The notes under the pieces are model-generated. The model saw only the letters and a program-made list of their open reading frames with translations, made no database searches and had not been told where the DNA came from. The translations under genes were made by a program, and so were the position numbers. This document shows, in pieces, positions 41,275-51,080 of a stretch of DNA of 64,000 bases. Within the stretch, counting starts at the first letter, position 1. Each line of letters starts with the position of its first letter. Origin of the DNA: an uncultured Gemmatimonadaceae bacterium (GTDB taxonomy: Bacteria; Gemmatimonadota; Gemmatimonadetes; Gemmatimonadales; Gemmatimonadaceae); the NCBI GenBank assembly GCA_963740355.1, contig CAVUDW010000001.1, positions 64,001 through 128,000 of the forward strand, written 5' to 3'.

Positions 41275-43146
41275 CTAGACGGGCTGCTGCAGGGTCTGGA
41301 TACGGGCTGCGACGTCACGGAAGCGGATGTCGACGGCGTACACTCTTTGATAATAGCGTAGCCCGTCCTCCCGTGCCCCAAGCGACTCGCTGGCGAGGCC
41401 CAGAAGGTAGAGCACGCCTCGGAGCGTATCGTCGCTGTGACGTACCGATGGGTCGTCCAGTGCCCGCGCCAGGATCGTCCGGGCGATACCCGGTTCACGC
41501 TTGTCGAGGAAGCAGCCGCCAAGTGCCTCGATGGACTCCACACGCTTGAGTCGGCTGCGTGCGGCAATCTGGAACTCGGCAATGGCGTCGTCGAGCAAGC
41601 CCATCTCGCGGAAGGCGATGCCGAGGTCGAAGTGCGACTCCGCGTCATCCATCGGGATGGTCTTCTCTATCCCGTCCCGGAACTCCTGCAGGATATGCTG
41701 GAAATCGGCCTCGTGGTCGCCTGTCTGCTTCGGCTCGCCGATGGTCATGCGAGCTGACTTCGGATCCTCCTCATCGTGCAGGATGTCCGACAGGTTGACG
41801 TACGATGGCGTGGGACGCTTGGGACGCGGCGGCGGTGCGGGCGCGACGGCCACCGGCTCGGGCGCCACCGGCTCCGGTTCGACCGGCTCCGATTCGACCG
41901 GCTCCGGCAGTTCCACTTCGACATCCGGCACCAACGGCAACTCGTCGAGCACCGGCTCGTCCATGGCGAACGCCGGAAGGGTCTCCGAGCTGGCCGAGCC
42001 TTCGTCCAGCCCGCCAAACGCCGACACATCGGTTTCGGTCTCGAAGTCGAGCCCTGGCAGTTCGATCCCGTTGAACGCCTGCGGCGGTGCAGGGATTGCC
42101 GGTACGCTGAGTGGTGTCAGGCGCGGCGGCGCGGGCAGCGGTGGAACCGAGACCGACGACGCGGCCGAGGTGATCTCGCCCGGATCGATATCGAGAAACT
42201 CGATCTCATCCGCGGCGACAGGCTCAGGCAGCGAACTGAGAAGCTCGGCCTCGTGCGGTGCGACCGCCTCAGGTGCTTCCACCTCACGCTCGGGGGCTTC
42301 GAAGGACGTCGCCTCGAAGCCATCCAGCGTGCCGTTGGACGGCATTTCGTCAAACTCTGCCGTGGATGGCGCCGTCAGCTCGAGGCCTTCCAGACTCGAG
42401 GTCGCCGCAGGGCGCTCGAGGTCACCGCCCAGCATGGGCTGCGTCTCGAGGGCGCCGAAGTCGTCGTCGCTGTCGATGAACACCAGCGACGGATCGGAGC
42501 GCTTCCCTGCCCGATCCTGCTCCGATTCCGGCTTCCACTCCGCATCGATTTCGCGCGCGACCTGCGCGACCCCTTCGGCCTCGTCGGCTCGGCCGGCCAC
42601 CGCATGCAGGCGGTGGAGCACCGTCAGATGTGGTAGGGCGTCCGGCTTGCGACCAGCGCGCAGAAGCTGCTCGACGACCACGGAGCGCACGTGCACGTCC
42701 TCCGGCGACAACTCCGCAAACTCACTCAGGGCCTTGAGCGCTTCGCCATGCTGGCCAAGCTTTTCCAGCGCCTCGGCGACAGACAGGTAGTGGCGCTGTG
42801 CGTCCACGACCATGCCCTTCTCGGCCGAAAAGCGCGCCAGGCGGCGCAGCGTGGGCACATGACCGGGACGCTGACGCAGGATCTTGTTACATAGGGCGAT
42901 CGCGTTGTTGAGGAAGCCGCTCAACGCGTACTCGTCCGCACTTTTCTCGAAGAGCGCGATCGCATCGTCGATCTGACCGACACGCAGGTGCAGGTCGCCC
43001 ACGCGGTTGCGCAGTGCCACATCGACGTCGTCGGTGCCACCGTGCTCAGCGAGCAACTGCTGATACAGAGCTAACGCCTTCTCGGGCTGCTTTTTCAGCT
43101 CGAGGGCGGCGGCCTGCTGTTTGAGCACTGCCGGGGATGAGGCCAT
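41275..43146 (-). CDS. TPR protein (N-terminal TPRs, acidic linker, C-terminal TPRs), SgmX-like architecture
   Basis: 'NRVGDLHLRVG', 'GFLNNAIALCNKIL' and C-terminal 'SHFDLGIAFREMGLLDDAIAEFQ...YYQRVYAVDIRFRDV'. Confidence 0.8.
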   Translation of the reverse strand: MASSPAVLKQQAAALELKKQPEKALALYQQLLAEHGGTDDVDVALRNRVGDLHLRVGQIDDAIALFEKSADEYALSGFLNNAIALCNKILRQRPGHVPTLRRLARFSAEKGMVVDAQRHYLSVAEALEKLGQHGEALKALSEFAELSPEDVHVRSVVVEQLLRAGRKPDALPHLTVLHRLHAVAGRADEAEGVAQVAREIDAEWKPESEQDRAGKRSDPSLVFIDSDDDFGALETQPMLGGDLERPAATSSLEGLELTAPSTAEFDEMPSNGTLDGFEATSFEAPEREVEAPEAVAPHEAELLSSLPEPVAADEIEFLDIDPGEITSAASSVSVPPLPAPPRLTPLSVPAIPAPPQAFNGIELPGLDFETETDVSAFGGLDEGSASSETLPAFAMDEPVLDELPLVPDVEVELPEPVESEPVEPEPVAPEPVAVAPAPPPRPKRPTPSYVNLSDILHDEEDPKSARMTIGEPKQTGDHEADFQHILQEFRDGIEKTIPMDDAESHFDLGIAFREMGLLDDAIAEFQIAARSRLKRVESIEALGGCFLDKREPGIARTILARALDDPSVRHSDDTLRGVLYLLGLASESLGAREDGLRYYQRVYAVDIRFRDVAARIQTLQQPV

Positions 43147-43309
43147 GCGAAAGCGACGGGGTGACAGGGGGTGGACCTGCTCAACCGATAACGAACGAAG
43201 GTAGGGCTAAGTCACAGCTGGCTCAAGCGTTTACGTCACCGAAACGGTGCCGGCCGGCGCTTGGGAACGGATGAACGTCTCAGGAAGGCACCATTTTCGG
43301 GGTGCCCTC

Positions 43310-44281
43310 TCAAGCCATGACGTCCCGAATGCGGTCGATTCGCAGCGGCGCCTGCGCTTCCCCGCGGCAGGCGTAGTAACAGCGATTGCAGTCGATCGGC
43401 TGGTACCGATTCCACTCCTTCCAGTGGAAATCGACCGGGAAGTCCGGGCAGCGCCGTACGCCGCCGGTGGGATCGATGTGGATCGTGCTGATGCCGCTTT
43501 CGCAGGGCTCCGACATCTCCCCTCGGGTGTACCGCGGCAGCTGCTCGAGGTAGTGATCGGAATTGGTGATGACACCGCGCCGACGCCGCTTGTAGGCCAG
43601 CAGCTCCGCAACCAGCACCTCGATCTCCTCCTGCTGGCCGTCGCGCAGCAGGTGTTCCTCGTTGCCGTTCTTGAAATCCGTGTAGACGCTGAAGTTGACA
43701 CCGCACCCCAGTTCCGCCGCACGCGCGAGGATCGGCCGGATCTGGTCGAGGTTGTCGTTCTTGATCACCGTGTTGAATCGGATGTTGTCGATGCCCTTCG
43801 CCCGCATCCCCTCGACACTGTCGAAGATCTTTTTCGTAAGGCCGGGGATGCCGCGCGCCTCGTCATGGCGACCGTCGAGGTAGTCGAGGGAGATGCTCAA
43901 CTGGTTGATCCCGGCGTCCTTGAGCGATTGTCCGCGCTCAGCCGAGAGCATGCCGCCGTGCGTGATCAGCGTCATGTACTTCCAGTTGATCGCGCGGTCG
44001 ACGCCGGCGATCACATCCTCGAGATCGCGTCGCAGCAGCGGCTCACCACCGGTGAAGCAGACCAGCATCGGATCGAAGAACTTCGCCGCGTCAGCGTAAC
44101 TCTTCAGCTCGCGCTCCTTCTCGGCGGCATCCGTCTTCCAGTAGTCACAGAAGCCACAGCGCGCGTTGCAGCGCAGCGTGACCTCGAAGTGCACCAGCAC
44201 GGGCATCTTGCGAAGACGGAGCGAAACGTACTTCCGGAAGAAACCCGGGACGTGCCATGGCTTGAAACGCGCAGACAACAT
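43310..44281 (-). CDS. Radical SAM protein with a C-terminal SPASM/twitch-like domain
   Basis: CNARCGFC, TGGEPLLR and C-terminal Cys motifs CESG...RRCP...CNRCYYAC. Confidence 0.88.
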   Translation of the reverse strand: MLSARFKPWHVPGFFRKYVSLRLRKMPVLVHFEVTLRCNARCGFCDYWKTDAAEKERELKSYADAAKFFDPMLVCFTGGEPLLRRDLEDVIAGVDRAINWKYMTLITHGGMLSAERGQSLKDAGINQLSISLDYLDGRHDEARGIPGLTKKIFDSVEGMRAKGIDNIRFNTVIKNDNLDQIRPILARAAELGCGVNFSVYTDFKNGNEEHLLRDGQQEEIEVLVAELLAYKRRRRGVITNSDHYLEQLPRYTRGEMSEPCESGISTIHIDPTGGVRRCPDFPVDFHWKEWNRYQPIDCNRCYYACRGEAQAPLRIDRIRDVMA

Positions 44282-44420
44282 GTGTGGATCTGCAGAATTG
44301 GAGAGTTACAAATGCTGCAGGACCGTCAAGGTATCTCAGCAGAATTCGGATGGGTTGCGTTGCGGGCGCTGTGGGGGCGTACGCGAGAGGCGCGACCCAT
44401 CGCTATTCTGCCGACATTCC

Positions 44421-47400
44421 TTACGGCGAGGTGCCGACGCGGCGATAGGTCTGCTGGTCGAAGTTGAACTTCAGGTCGGGCTGCGCCTTCAGTGCAATGA
44501 AGAACGAGAACGCGAAGTTTCCGTTCGGTGCCTGCGTGAAGTTGAAGATCGCGCGCCAGTCGTGCAGCTCGCGTTGCAAAGAGACCGTCTGCGCGGCGAA
44601 CTGACCGCGCACCGCGTCGTAGGTCGTGGACCAGCTGGTGGCCCACTTCGGCGTCAGGTTGAAGCTGGTCTGCACCTGCAGCGACCGCACCGGTGGGTTG
44701 ATGATGATCGGTGACCCGGCGCCGACGAAGAGCGAATTGTTGTCGATGCCTGGAAGGTTGCCGTTTCGGTTGATGCATTCCTGAAGCAGGAACGGATTGG
44801 TGGTCCCCTGCAGCAACAAGGCGCAGCGTTCCTCGACGGGTGGCAGCGAAATCAGGTTCGTACCCACCGGTGGCCGCTGCCGGGTGGACGAGTACGACAG
44901 GTTCACCGACCACCCCTGCCCGCTCGGGATCGCGCCGTACCCTGGCCGAATCTGGTTGCTGTTGAGCCCCCGATTCACGCCCTGCGGCGTCATGCCACCA
45001 TCGTTCCGCATCTGCATCGAGTCCGTGGCCGTCAGGTTCGACGGCGCCGGCTTGAAGTCACCACCACCAAAGAACTTGTTCAGCCATTGCACCACACCCG
45101 TGGTCCGATCGAGTCGGAGCGAGGCACGCATCTCCTCGCGATATGGCTTGAAGACGGCAGTGTCTGAAATCGGGTTGCCCTGAAAGAGCGAAAAGCGCGT
45201 CGCGAAGTCGAAGCCCGGCAGGAAGTCGGAGCGCAGGCCGATGCCCCACTGCGAACTGGTGAGGCCCGCAAACTTCGACACCTTGTTCGGCTCGAGGGAG
45301 CGCCGCCGAATTTCCTGGTACTGGAGGAAGTTGTACGACACGGCGTCCGTCTGGATGCTCAGTGCGCGCACCTTGCGACCTGCATCCGGCGCCGAATCTG
45401 CCGGGGCACGCAGCTTCACTTCCACGTTCTGGTTCACGCTCAACGACAACACGTTCTGCGGGAGGGCGCCGTTGTAGCCCTTGCTGAACTGGTTGATCGC
45501 GCGGAGGTATTCCTCGCTTACGGTACCGCGGGGCGCCACCGACCAACCCAGCACCGGCGAGAACGAGTGGCGGATCCGCGAGACGGGTCCGATGCCCGGG
45601 AAGAAACCGAACAGCGTCGGTGCAATGGAGAGGTTGATGCTCGGCCGCTTCGACTGGGCGACGTATCGGCCACCTGACAAGGTCGAGCGAACCCAGAACG
45701 GTCCCGGATCGACGTTCGCGAACTGGATGCTTGGCGAGACGTTCCACTTGCCGCGGCTGAACGACGGCAGGCTGAAGCTCGTGCGCCAGTCGATGCGCGT
45801 CTCCGTGAATCCATCATAAAACCGGATCGACTGCACGGTGTCGCGCACGCCGTTGCCCCGATCGATGATCTCCTCGATCGTCTTCTGCTGCGTGCCGGTA
45901 TTGGCGGCGTCGCTGATGTCGAAGGAGTTCTCGAGGCTGAAGCCGAAGATCTGAAGCGGCGTATTGAACGTGAGCGAAGTCGCACGCTTGTTGAGCGCCT
46001 GCGCCACGCTGTCGACGTTGCCGTTCGAGTTCGTGAAGTAGCGGAACGCCGATTGGCCGCCGCTTTGTTGGTTGGTGTTGCGGGTCTCGCTGGCCGAGAG
46101 GGTCGGCGACCAGGTGAGCCAACGGCCGGCCGTGATCGGCGCCGCGTTGACGCTCAGCGTCGGCAGCGTCTGGTCGACCTGCGGGCGCCCGGTGTACTGG
46201 GTGCGGTTGGCGCCGAGCGCGACGGTGAACGGCCCGATGCCAGTCGTGTAGTTCGCCGATGACCGGAACGTCGCCAGCGCGGCGAATGGATTGAACGCCG
46301 TCGTCCGCTGCACGAGCGTGTTCGACACGTAGTTGATCGAGGTGTTGAAGCTCGTCTTGCGCGAGAACCGCTGCTGATGGTTCATCTGCACGTTGAGATT
46401 CGTGCTGCCGTCGGTCAGCCGCTGGTAGGACGTGCCAAGGCTGCCGTTGAGGAACCGGCGCAGCCAGTTGTAACGCCACTGGATGTTGTACCGAGTGAAG
46501 CCGAAGTCATTCGCGTTCCGGGGATCGATGTTGGCGCCGCTGCGCCAGTCGACCCAGGCCTGCACGTCCTGATAGTCGTCGATGTTGTAGTAATAGCCGA
46601 GATTCTCGACCGTCCGCCGATAGAGCGGACCATTGCGCACGATCTCGCTGAAGCCGAGTCGGGGGTTGAGCATCCCGCTGCGGCGCCCGGAACGGACATC
46701 CTGGAAGTAGAACGGCAGCCAGAAGACGGGCACATCGTAGATGTACAACACGCCCGGCCGACCGACCGCCAGCTTGCCTTTCACCAGCTTCAGTTCCTTC
46801 GAGCTGAAGTGATAATGTGGGATCGAATCATCGCAGGTCGTGATGGTGCCGCTGCGACCGAAGAACGCGGCTTCCACGCCAAGGCTGTCGTTGGCAAAGC
46901 CGGCGCTCTGCGCATCGATGAAGTACTTCTGCCCGCTCTCGATGGTGGTCTTGACGTACCCCACGGTGCCGCGGCGCTCGAGGGTGTTGTAGTACATCGT
47001 GCCTTTCGACACGACGTCATCCCCACCCCGGGCGGGATCACGCAGCACATTCTCCGCACCTCGCGCTCGGACGACCTTGGTCGAATCGTCATACACGATC
47101 GTGTCGCTGACCATGATCGTCTGGTCACGCCCGATGGCGGCGCGGGCACTGTCGTCACGAATCAGCGTGAGGATCTTCTTGCTGGCGTCGAAGGTGACAC
47201 TGCGCCCCTGGAACCGCGTCACCGTGTACCCGGGCTTCGTCAGCAACGAGTCGATGACCGGATCCGACTCGGCCCACTTCACCAGGTCCTTCTTGGCGGC
47301 CGAGTCGGCCGCCGCTGCAGAATCGGCGGCGGTGCGGAGCGAGTCGCGGCCAGTGCCCTTCTTCAGGGTGTCGCGCGGGACCTGACGCACCGACGGGCGC

Positions 47401-47483
47401 GCCGGAGGACGTGTGCCGCCCTGCGCCAGGAGCGGCGCCGTGAGCATCAGGAACGATGCAACCAGCGCGGCAACACGCCGCAC
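44421..47483 (-). CDS. lptD: Putative LPS assembly protein LptD (outer-membrane beta-barrel)
   Basis: Signal peptide, 'ITTCDDSIPHYHF', 'VPVFWLPF', 'RRSGMLNP', 'LQRELHDW' and beta-strand-rich composition. Confidence 0.75.
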   Translation of the reverse strand: MRRVAALVASFLMLTAPLLAQGGTRPPARPSVRQVPRDTLKKGTGRDSLRTAADSAAAADSAAKKDLVKWAESDPVIDSLLTKPGYTVTRFQGRSVTFDASKKILTLIRDDSARAAIGRDQTIMVSDTIVYDDSTKVVRARGAENVLRDPARGGDDVVSKGTMYYNTLERRGTVGYVKTTIESGQKYFIDAQSAGFANDSLGVEAAFFGRSGTITTCDDSIPHYHFSSKELKLVKGKLAVGRPGVLYIYDVPVFWLPFYFQDVRSGRRSGMLNPRLGFSEIVRNGPLYRRTVENLGYYYNIDDYQDVQAWVDWRSGANIDPRNANDFGFTRYNIQWRYNWLRRFLNGSLGTSYQRLTDGSTNLNVQMNHQQRFSRKTSFNTSINYVSNTLVQRTTAFNPFAALATFRSSANYTTGIGPFTVALGANRTQYTGRPQVDQTLPTLSVNAAPITAGRWLTWSPTLSASETRNTNQQSGGQSAFRYFTNSNGNVDSVAQALNKRATSLTFNTPLQIFGFSLENSFDISDAANTGTQQKTIEEIIDRGNGVRDTVQSIRFYDGFTETRIDWRTSFSLPSFSRGKWNVSPSIQFANVDPGPFWVRSTLSGGRYVAQSKRPSINLSIAPTLFGFFPGIGPVSRIRHSFSPVLGWSVAPRGTVSEEYLRAINQFSKGYNGALPQNVLSLSVNQNVEVKLRAPADSAPDAGRKVRALSIQTDAVSYNFLQYQEIRRRSLEPNKVSKFAGLTSSQWGIGLRSDFLPGFDFATRFSLFQGNPISDTAVFKPYREEMRASLRLDRTTGVVQWLNKFFGGGDFKPAPSNLTATDSMQMRNDGGMTPQGVNRGLNSNQIRPGYGAIPSGQGWSVNLSYSSTRQRPPVGTNLISLPPVEERCALLLQGTTNPFLLQECINRNGNLPGIDNNSLFVGAGSPIIINPPVRSLQVQTSFNLTPKWATSWSTTYDAVRGQFAAQTVSLQRELHDWRAIFNFTQAPNGNFAFSFFIALKAQPDLKFNFDQQTYRRVGTSP

Positions 47484-48253
47484 TACGCCAGTACCTCGAC
47501 GTCCGACTCGGCTTCCGCCGCCAACCGACGCTTCACCTTTCGGCGATACACGATGATGCTGGCGATGATGCTGACCTCATACAGTCCGTAGAGCGGCACC
47601 GCCAGCATCAAGGTCGTCGTCAGCAGGTCGCCCGGTGTGATGATCGCGGCAGCCGCGAACGCGGCCACGAGCGCATGTCGACGGAAGGTCTGCAACTGCT
47701 TCGGCGTGATGACGCCGAGTGCGGTCAGGCCAACGAGCAGGATGGGCAGTTCGAACACCGCCCCCATGCTCAAGGCGAGCGAGGTGGCGAAGTCGAAGTA
47801 ATCCCTGGCGGTGATCATCGGCTCGAGCGCGGCCGTCTGAAATTCCATCAGGAACTTGAGCGCGAACGGCAGCACGAAGAAGTACGCCAGCGCCGCGCCC
47901 ATCATGAACAGGCAGGTGGCGGCAAACAGTAGCGGGATCACGACCCGCTTTTCGTGCTTGTAGAGCGCTGGAGACAAGAAGGCCCAGAGCTGGTACAGGA
48001 GCACCGGTGCGGCAATCGCGAAGCCAACCCCGAACGACACCTGCATCACGATCGAGAAGGAGTCACCGGGATGCGTGAAGATCAGCTTGCGGCCCATCAG
48101 GTACGGCAGGATCGGCTTCTCGAGCTGCGCGATGAAGTCGAACTTGATCACCAGCAGGAAGCCGATCCCGACACAGATGCCGACGGCGACGACGATCTTG
48201 AGGAGCCGCTTTCGCAGCTCCTCGAGATGATCGAGGAATGGCATGTCACTCAT
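47483..48253 (-). CDS. tatC: Twin-arginine translocase TatC
   Basis: Motifs MPFLDHLEELRKRL, YQLWAFLSPAL, FELP, ITPGD and LYEVSI. Confidence 0.96.
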   Translation of the reverse strand: MSDMPFLDHLEELRKRLLKIVVAVGICVGIGFLLVIKFDFIAQLEKPILPYLMGRKLIFTHPGDSFSIVMQVSFGVGFAIAAPVLLYQLWAFLSPALYKHEKRVVIPLLFAATCLFMMGAALAYFFVLPFALKFLMEFQTAALEPMITARDYFDFATSLALSMGAVFELPILLVGLTALGVITPKQLQTFRRHALVAAFAAAAIITPGDLLTTTLMLAVPLYGLYEVSIIASIIVYRRKVKRRLAAEAESDVEVLA

Positions 48254-48270
48254 CGTCGTCGCCGGGCGTG

Positions 48271-49121
48271 TTACGGGTTGCTCGACCGCAGACGCTCACG
48301 GGCCAGGTCGGCCTCGTCGCTCCGCGGATACGTCTTCACCAGCAGGTCGAGCACTTCGCGCGCCTTGTCCGGCTTGCCCTGTGTGCGCAGCAGTGCCGCT
48401 CGCTTGAACATCGCCGTCGGCGCCTTCTCGCTGCGCGGAAAGCGGGTGTAGACACTCAGGTACGCCGCCTCGGCGTCGATCGCCTTCGTATCACGCTCGA
48501 GCGTTTCGGCGATGTAGTACTGCGCATCGCCGGCGCGTTCATGCTGCGGATACTGCGCGAGGAAATCCGTGAAGCCCGCTCGCGCGGCTGCGGTGCTGCC
48601 ACGGCGCAGCTGGTCGAGCGCCATGGTGTAGAGCTGATTCGGCCCCGGAGCACCAGCGACCGGCGCGCACCGGCCGTCGATGCCGCCGCCGAATCCACCG
48701 GCTTGGCGGGCGTGGTCGGTGTCGAGGTCGGTGTCGTCGCGGCAGCCGGCACTGGCGGTGCCGACTGCAGGATCGCGTTGCGCTGCTCGAGTTCGGCACG
48801 CAACTCGGTGATCCGGGACTGGCTCTGCCCCGTCAGCGCACGAATCTCGATCAGGCCGTCGCGCACCTTGAACAGGTCGCCGAGCACGTTGCCCTGAAAC
48901 GAGGCCAGCTCACCCTTCAGTCCGCGCAGCGAATCGTTGAGGATGACCATCGTCCGGATCACGCTGTCGAACTGCACCCGACGCGTCGAGTCACGATAGG
49001 CGTACTCGGAACGCATCGCCTTCAAGTCGGTCTGGAGCATCAGCACGTCCTGCTTCGAGGCGACGCAGGCTGACAGTGCGGCAGTCCCGAGCGACAGCCA
49101 GAGCAGGCGCGCGCGGCTCAT
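48271..49121 (-). CDS. cpoB: Tol-Pal system protein CpoB/YbgF, with a 1-nt frameshift near 48664
   Basis: The lipoprotein/coiled-coil N-half (49121 frame) and the TPR C-half ('FLAQYPQHERAGDAQYYIAE', 'KTYPRSDEA') are in different frames. The span is 851 nt (3n+2), downstream of pal. Confidence 0.82.
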
Positions 49122-49723
49122 CGCGGCGGCACCCGCAACGACTCGCCACCACTGAGGATCTCGAATTCAGCGCGACGATTCTTCGAGTAGGCAGCATCGT
49201 CATCACCGGAGGCCGCCGGACGCTCCTCGCCGAACGACACGATGTCGATACGGCTGGCCGCGATGCCACGATCGCTCAGGTACTTGCGAGTGGCCGCCGC
49301 ACGGCGCAGGCCAAGCGCGAGGTTGTATTCGTCACTGCCACGGGCATCGGTGTGTCCGGAGATGCGGATGCGAAGTCCCATGTTCGTGCGCAGCACCGGC
49401 AGCTTGGCGTCGAGGGCCGCACGCGCATCGTCCGTGATGTCGGACGCATCGTACTCGAAGAGCACAGCCGCCTCGAGGATCGCGCGCAGGTTGGCTGCCT
49501 CGGCTTCGCTTGCGGCACGAGCGGCGGCGGCCGCATCGGCCTGCGCCTTGGCAATCGAGTCCCGCACGAACTGCTCGCGCGCACGACGCGCGGCCTGATC
49601 GTCAACCGCTGGCGCCGTGCTTGGCGACGTGGGGACGGGAGCAATTGCAACCGGCTTCTTTCGGCAAGCGCCGAGTGAGAGGGTCGCGAGCATCAGGGCA
49701 GCGCCAACCAGGCGACGATTCAT
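49118..49723 (-). CDS. pal: Peptidoglycan-associated lipoprotein Pal (OmpA family)
   Basis: Lipobox LGAC, FEYD, GHTDARGSDEYNLALGLRRA, SFGEERP and KNRRAEF. Confidence 0.95.
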   Translation of the reverse strand: MNRRLVGAALMLATLSLGACRKKPVAIAPVPTSPSTAPAVDDQAARRAREQFVRDSIAKAQADAAAAARAASEAEAANLRAILEAAVLFEYDASDITDDARAALDAKLPVLRTNMGLRIRISGHTDARGSDEYNLALGLRRAAATRKYLSDRGIAASRIDIVSFGEERPAASGDDDAAYSKNRRAEFEILSGGESLRVPPR

Positions 49724-49781
49724 CAAGGACTCCGAAGGGATGGAAAAAGGGTGTGCCGAAAGTCGGTCGTGAACAAACAGG

Positions 49782-51080
49782 TCACTGCACAAATCGGGTC
49801 GACCATGCCGCGAGCCGTGCGCCACCACCTGACGTCAGCTGGCGCGCGCGTCCGGTCTCGGTGTCGATCACCCACAACTGCCGCGCTCCCGAGCGCGTCG
49901 AACTGACGACGACGTGTCGCGAATCCGGAGCCCAGGCGGGATCCTCATTGGCGCCTTCCGTGGTCAGTTGCTTGACCGCACGGTCCCGCAGCGTGATCAG
50001 CATCGACTGAAACCGCCCACCAAGCTGCGACTGAAACACGATCGCCCGACCATCAGGGGACCAGTCCGGGCTGGACCGATAGGCTTGCGTGGACGAAGAC
50101 AGCGCCGCCAGCAAGTCTGCGTTCGTGCCATCATCATCGGCAATATACACATCGGGTCGCCCCGACCGACCGGAGGTGAAGGCGATTCGACGCCCGTCAG
50201 GGCTGAACGTCGGCGATGTGTTGTCGGAGCCACGGCCGATCGAGATCCGCCGCGGCGTGCCGCCGCCGGCGCCGACCAGGTACAGCTCCGTGCCGAAGTC
50301 ATCGCCATGTGCATAGGCGATGCTGGAACCGTCCGGCGTGAACGTCGGCGAGATGTTCAAGCCGCTTGGTGGCACGACACGGCGGGACGAGCCACGCAGA
50401 TCCGTCACATAGATCGCGCTGCCGGCTGGCTCGAGCGAGGCATACACCACCGACTGGCCACCGGGATGGAAATTCGGCGACAAAAACCGACCGGCGGATG
50501 TCAACGGGGCGACCGCGGCACCATCACTGTCGATGAGCCAGATCCGGCCTTCCGCGACGAAGGCCAGTTTCGACGCCGCGATCCCGCGTTCGCCACTGAT
50601 CCATTCCTCGCACAGGTCACTCACGCGATGCACTGCCATGCGCCAGCTGGCGCTGTTCGGTGCGCCGGGCAACGACAGGGTGCTCCGCTGGAGCACCTTC
50701 TTCGCGCCCACGTCGTAGAGCACCACCGTGAGTCCGCCAGTCACGGGAACGAGCTGCACGACGCCGTTGATGCCAAGGCGGGCTGCTGCCGCGTAATCGA
50801 TCGGACCAGTCCCAGCAGGGGTGGCAAGCGCCGTGGCCTTCGGCAACACCGTGACCCGGTCGCCAAAGTCGAGATCGCGCATGACGATGGTCCGCAGCGA
50901 ATCCCCGCTCACGCCGGCCACCGGCAACACAAAAATGCCCGGTCGCTTCCCGCCCTCACCATAGATCAGGCCAAGGCGCACGCCCGGCTGTGCTTTGACG
51001 ATCGAGACACCGGCAACAACGGACAGCAGCAGAGCGCGACGCAGATGTCGCAGCAACGAAGCACGAATCGGGATACTCAC
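49782..51080 (-). CDS. tolB: Tol-Pal beta-propeller protein TolB
   Basis: PD40 repeats (SPTFTPDG, SPTFSPDG, SPDWSPDG, DPAWAPD), upstream of pal. Confidence 0.9.
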   Translation of the reverse strand: MSIPIRASLLRHLRRALLLSVVAGVSIVKAQPGVRLGLIYGEGGKRPGIFVLPVAGVSGDSLRTIVMRDLDFGDRVTVLPKATALATPAGTGPIDYAAAARLGINGVVQLVPVTGGLTVVLYDVGAKKVLQRSTLSLPGAPNSASWRMAVHRVSDLCEEWISGERGIAASKLAFVAEGRIWLIDSDGAAVAPLTSAGRFLSPNFHPGGQSVVYASLEPAGSAIYVTDLRGSSRRVVPPSGLNISPTFTPDGSSIAYAHGDDFGTELYLVGAGGGTPRRISIGRGSDNTSPTFSPDGRRIAFTSGRSGRPDVYIADDDGTNADLLAALSSSTQAYRSSPDWSPDGRAIVFQSQLGGRFQSMLITLRDRAVKQLTTEGANEDPAWAPDSRHVVVSSTRSGARQLWVIDTETGRARQLTSGGGARLAAWSTRFVQ

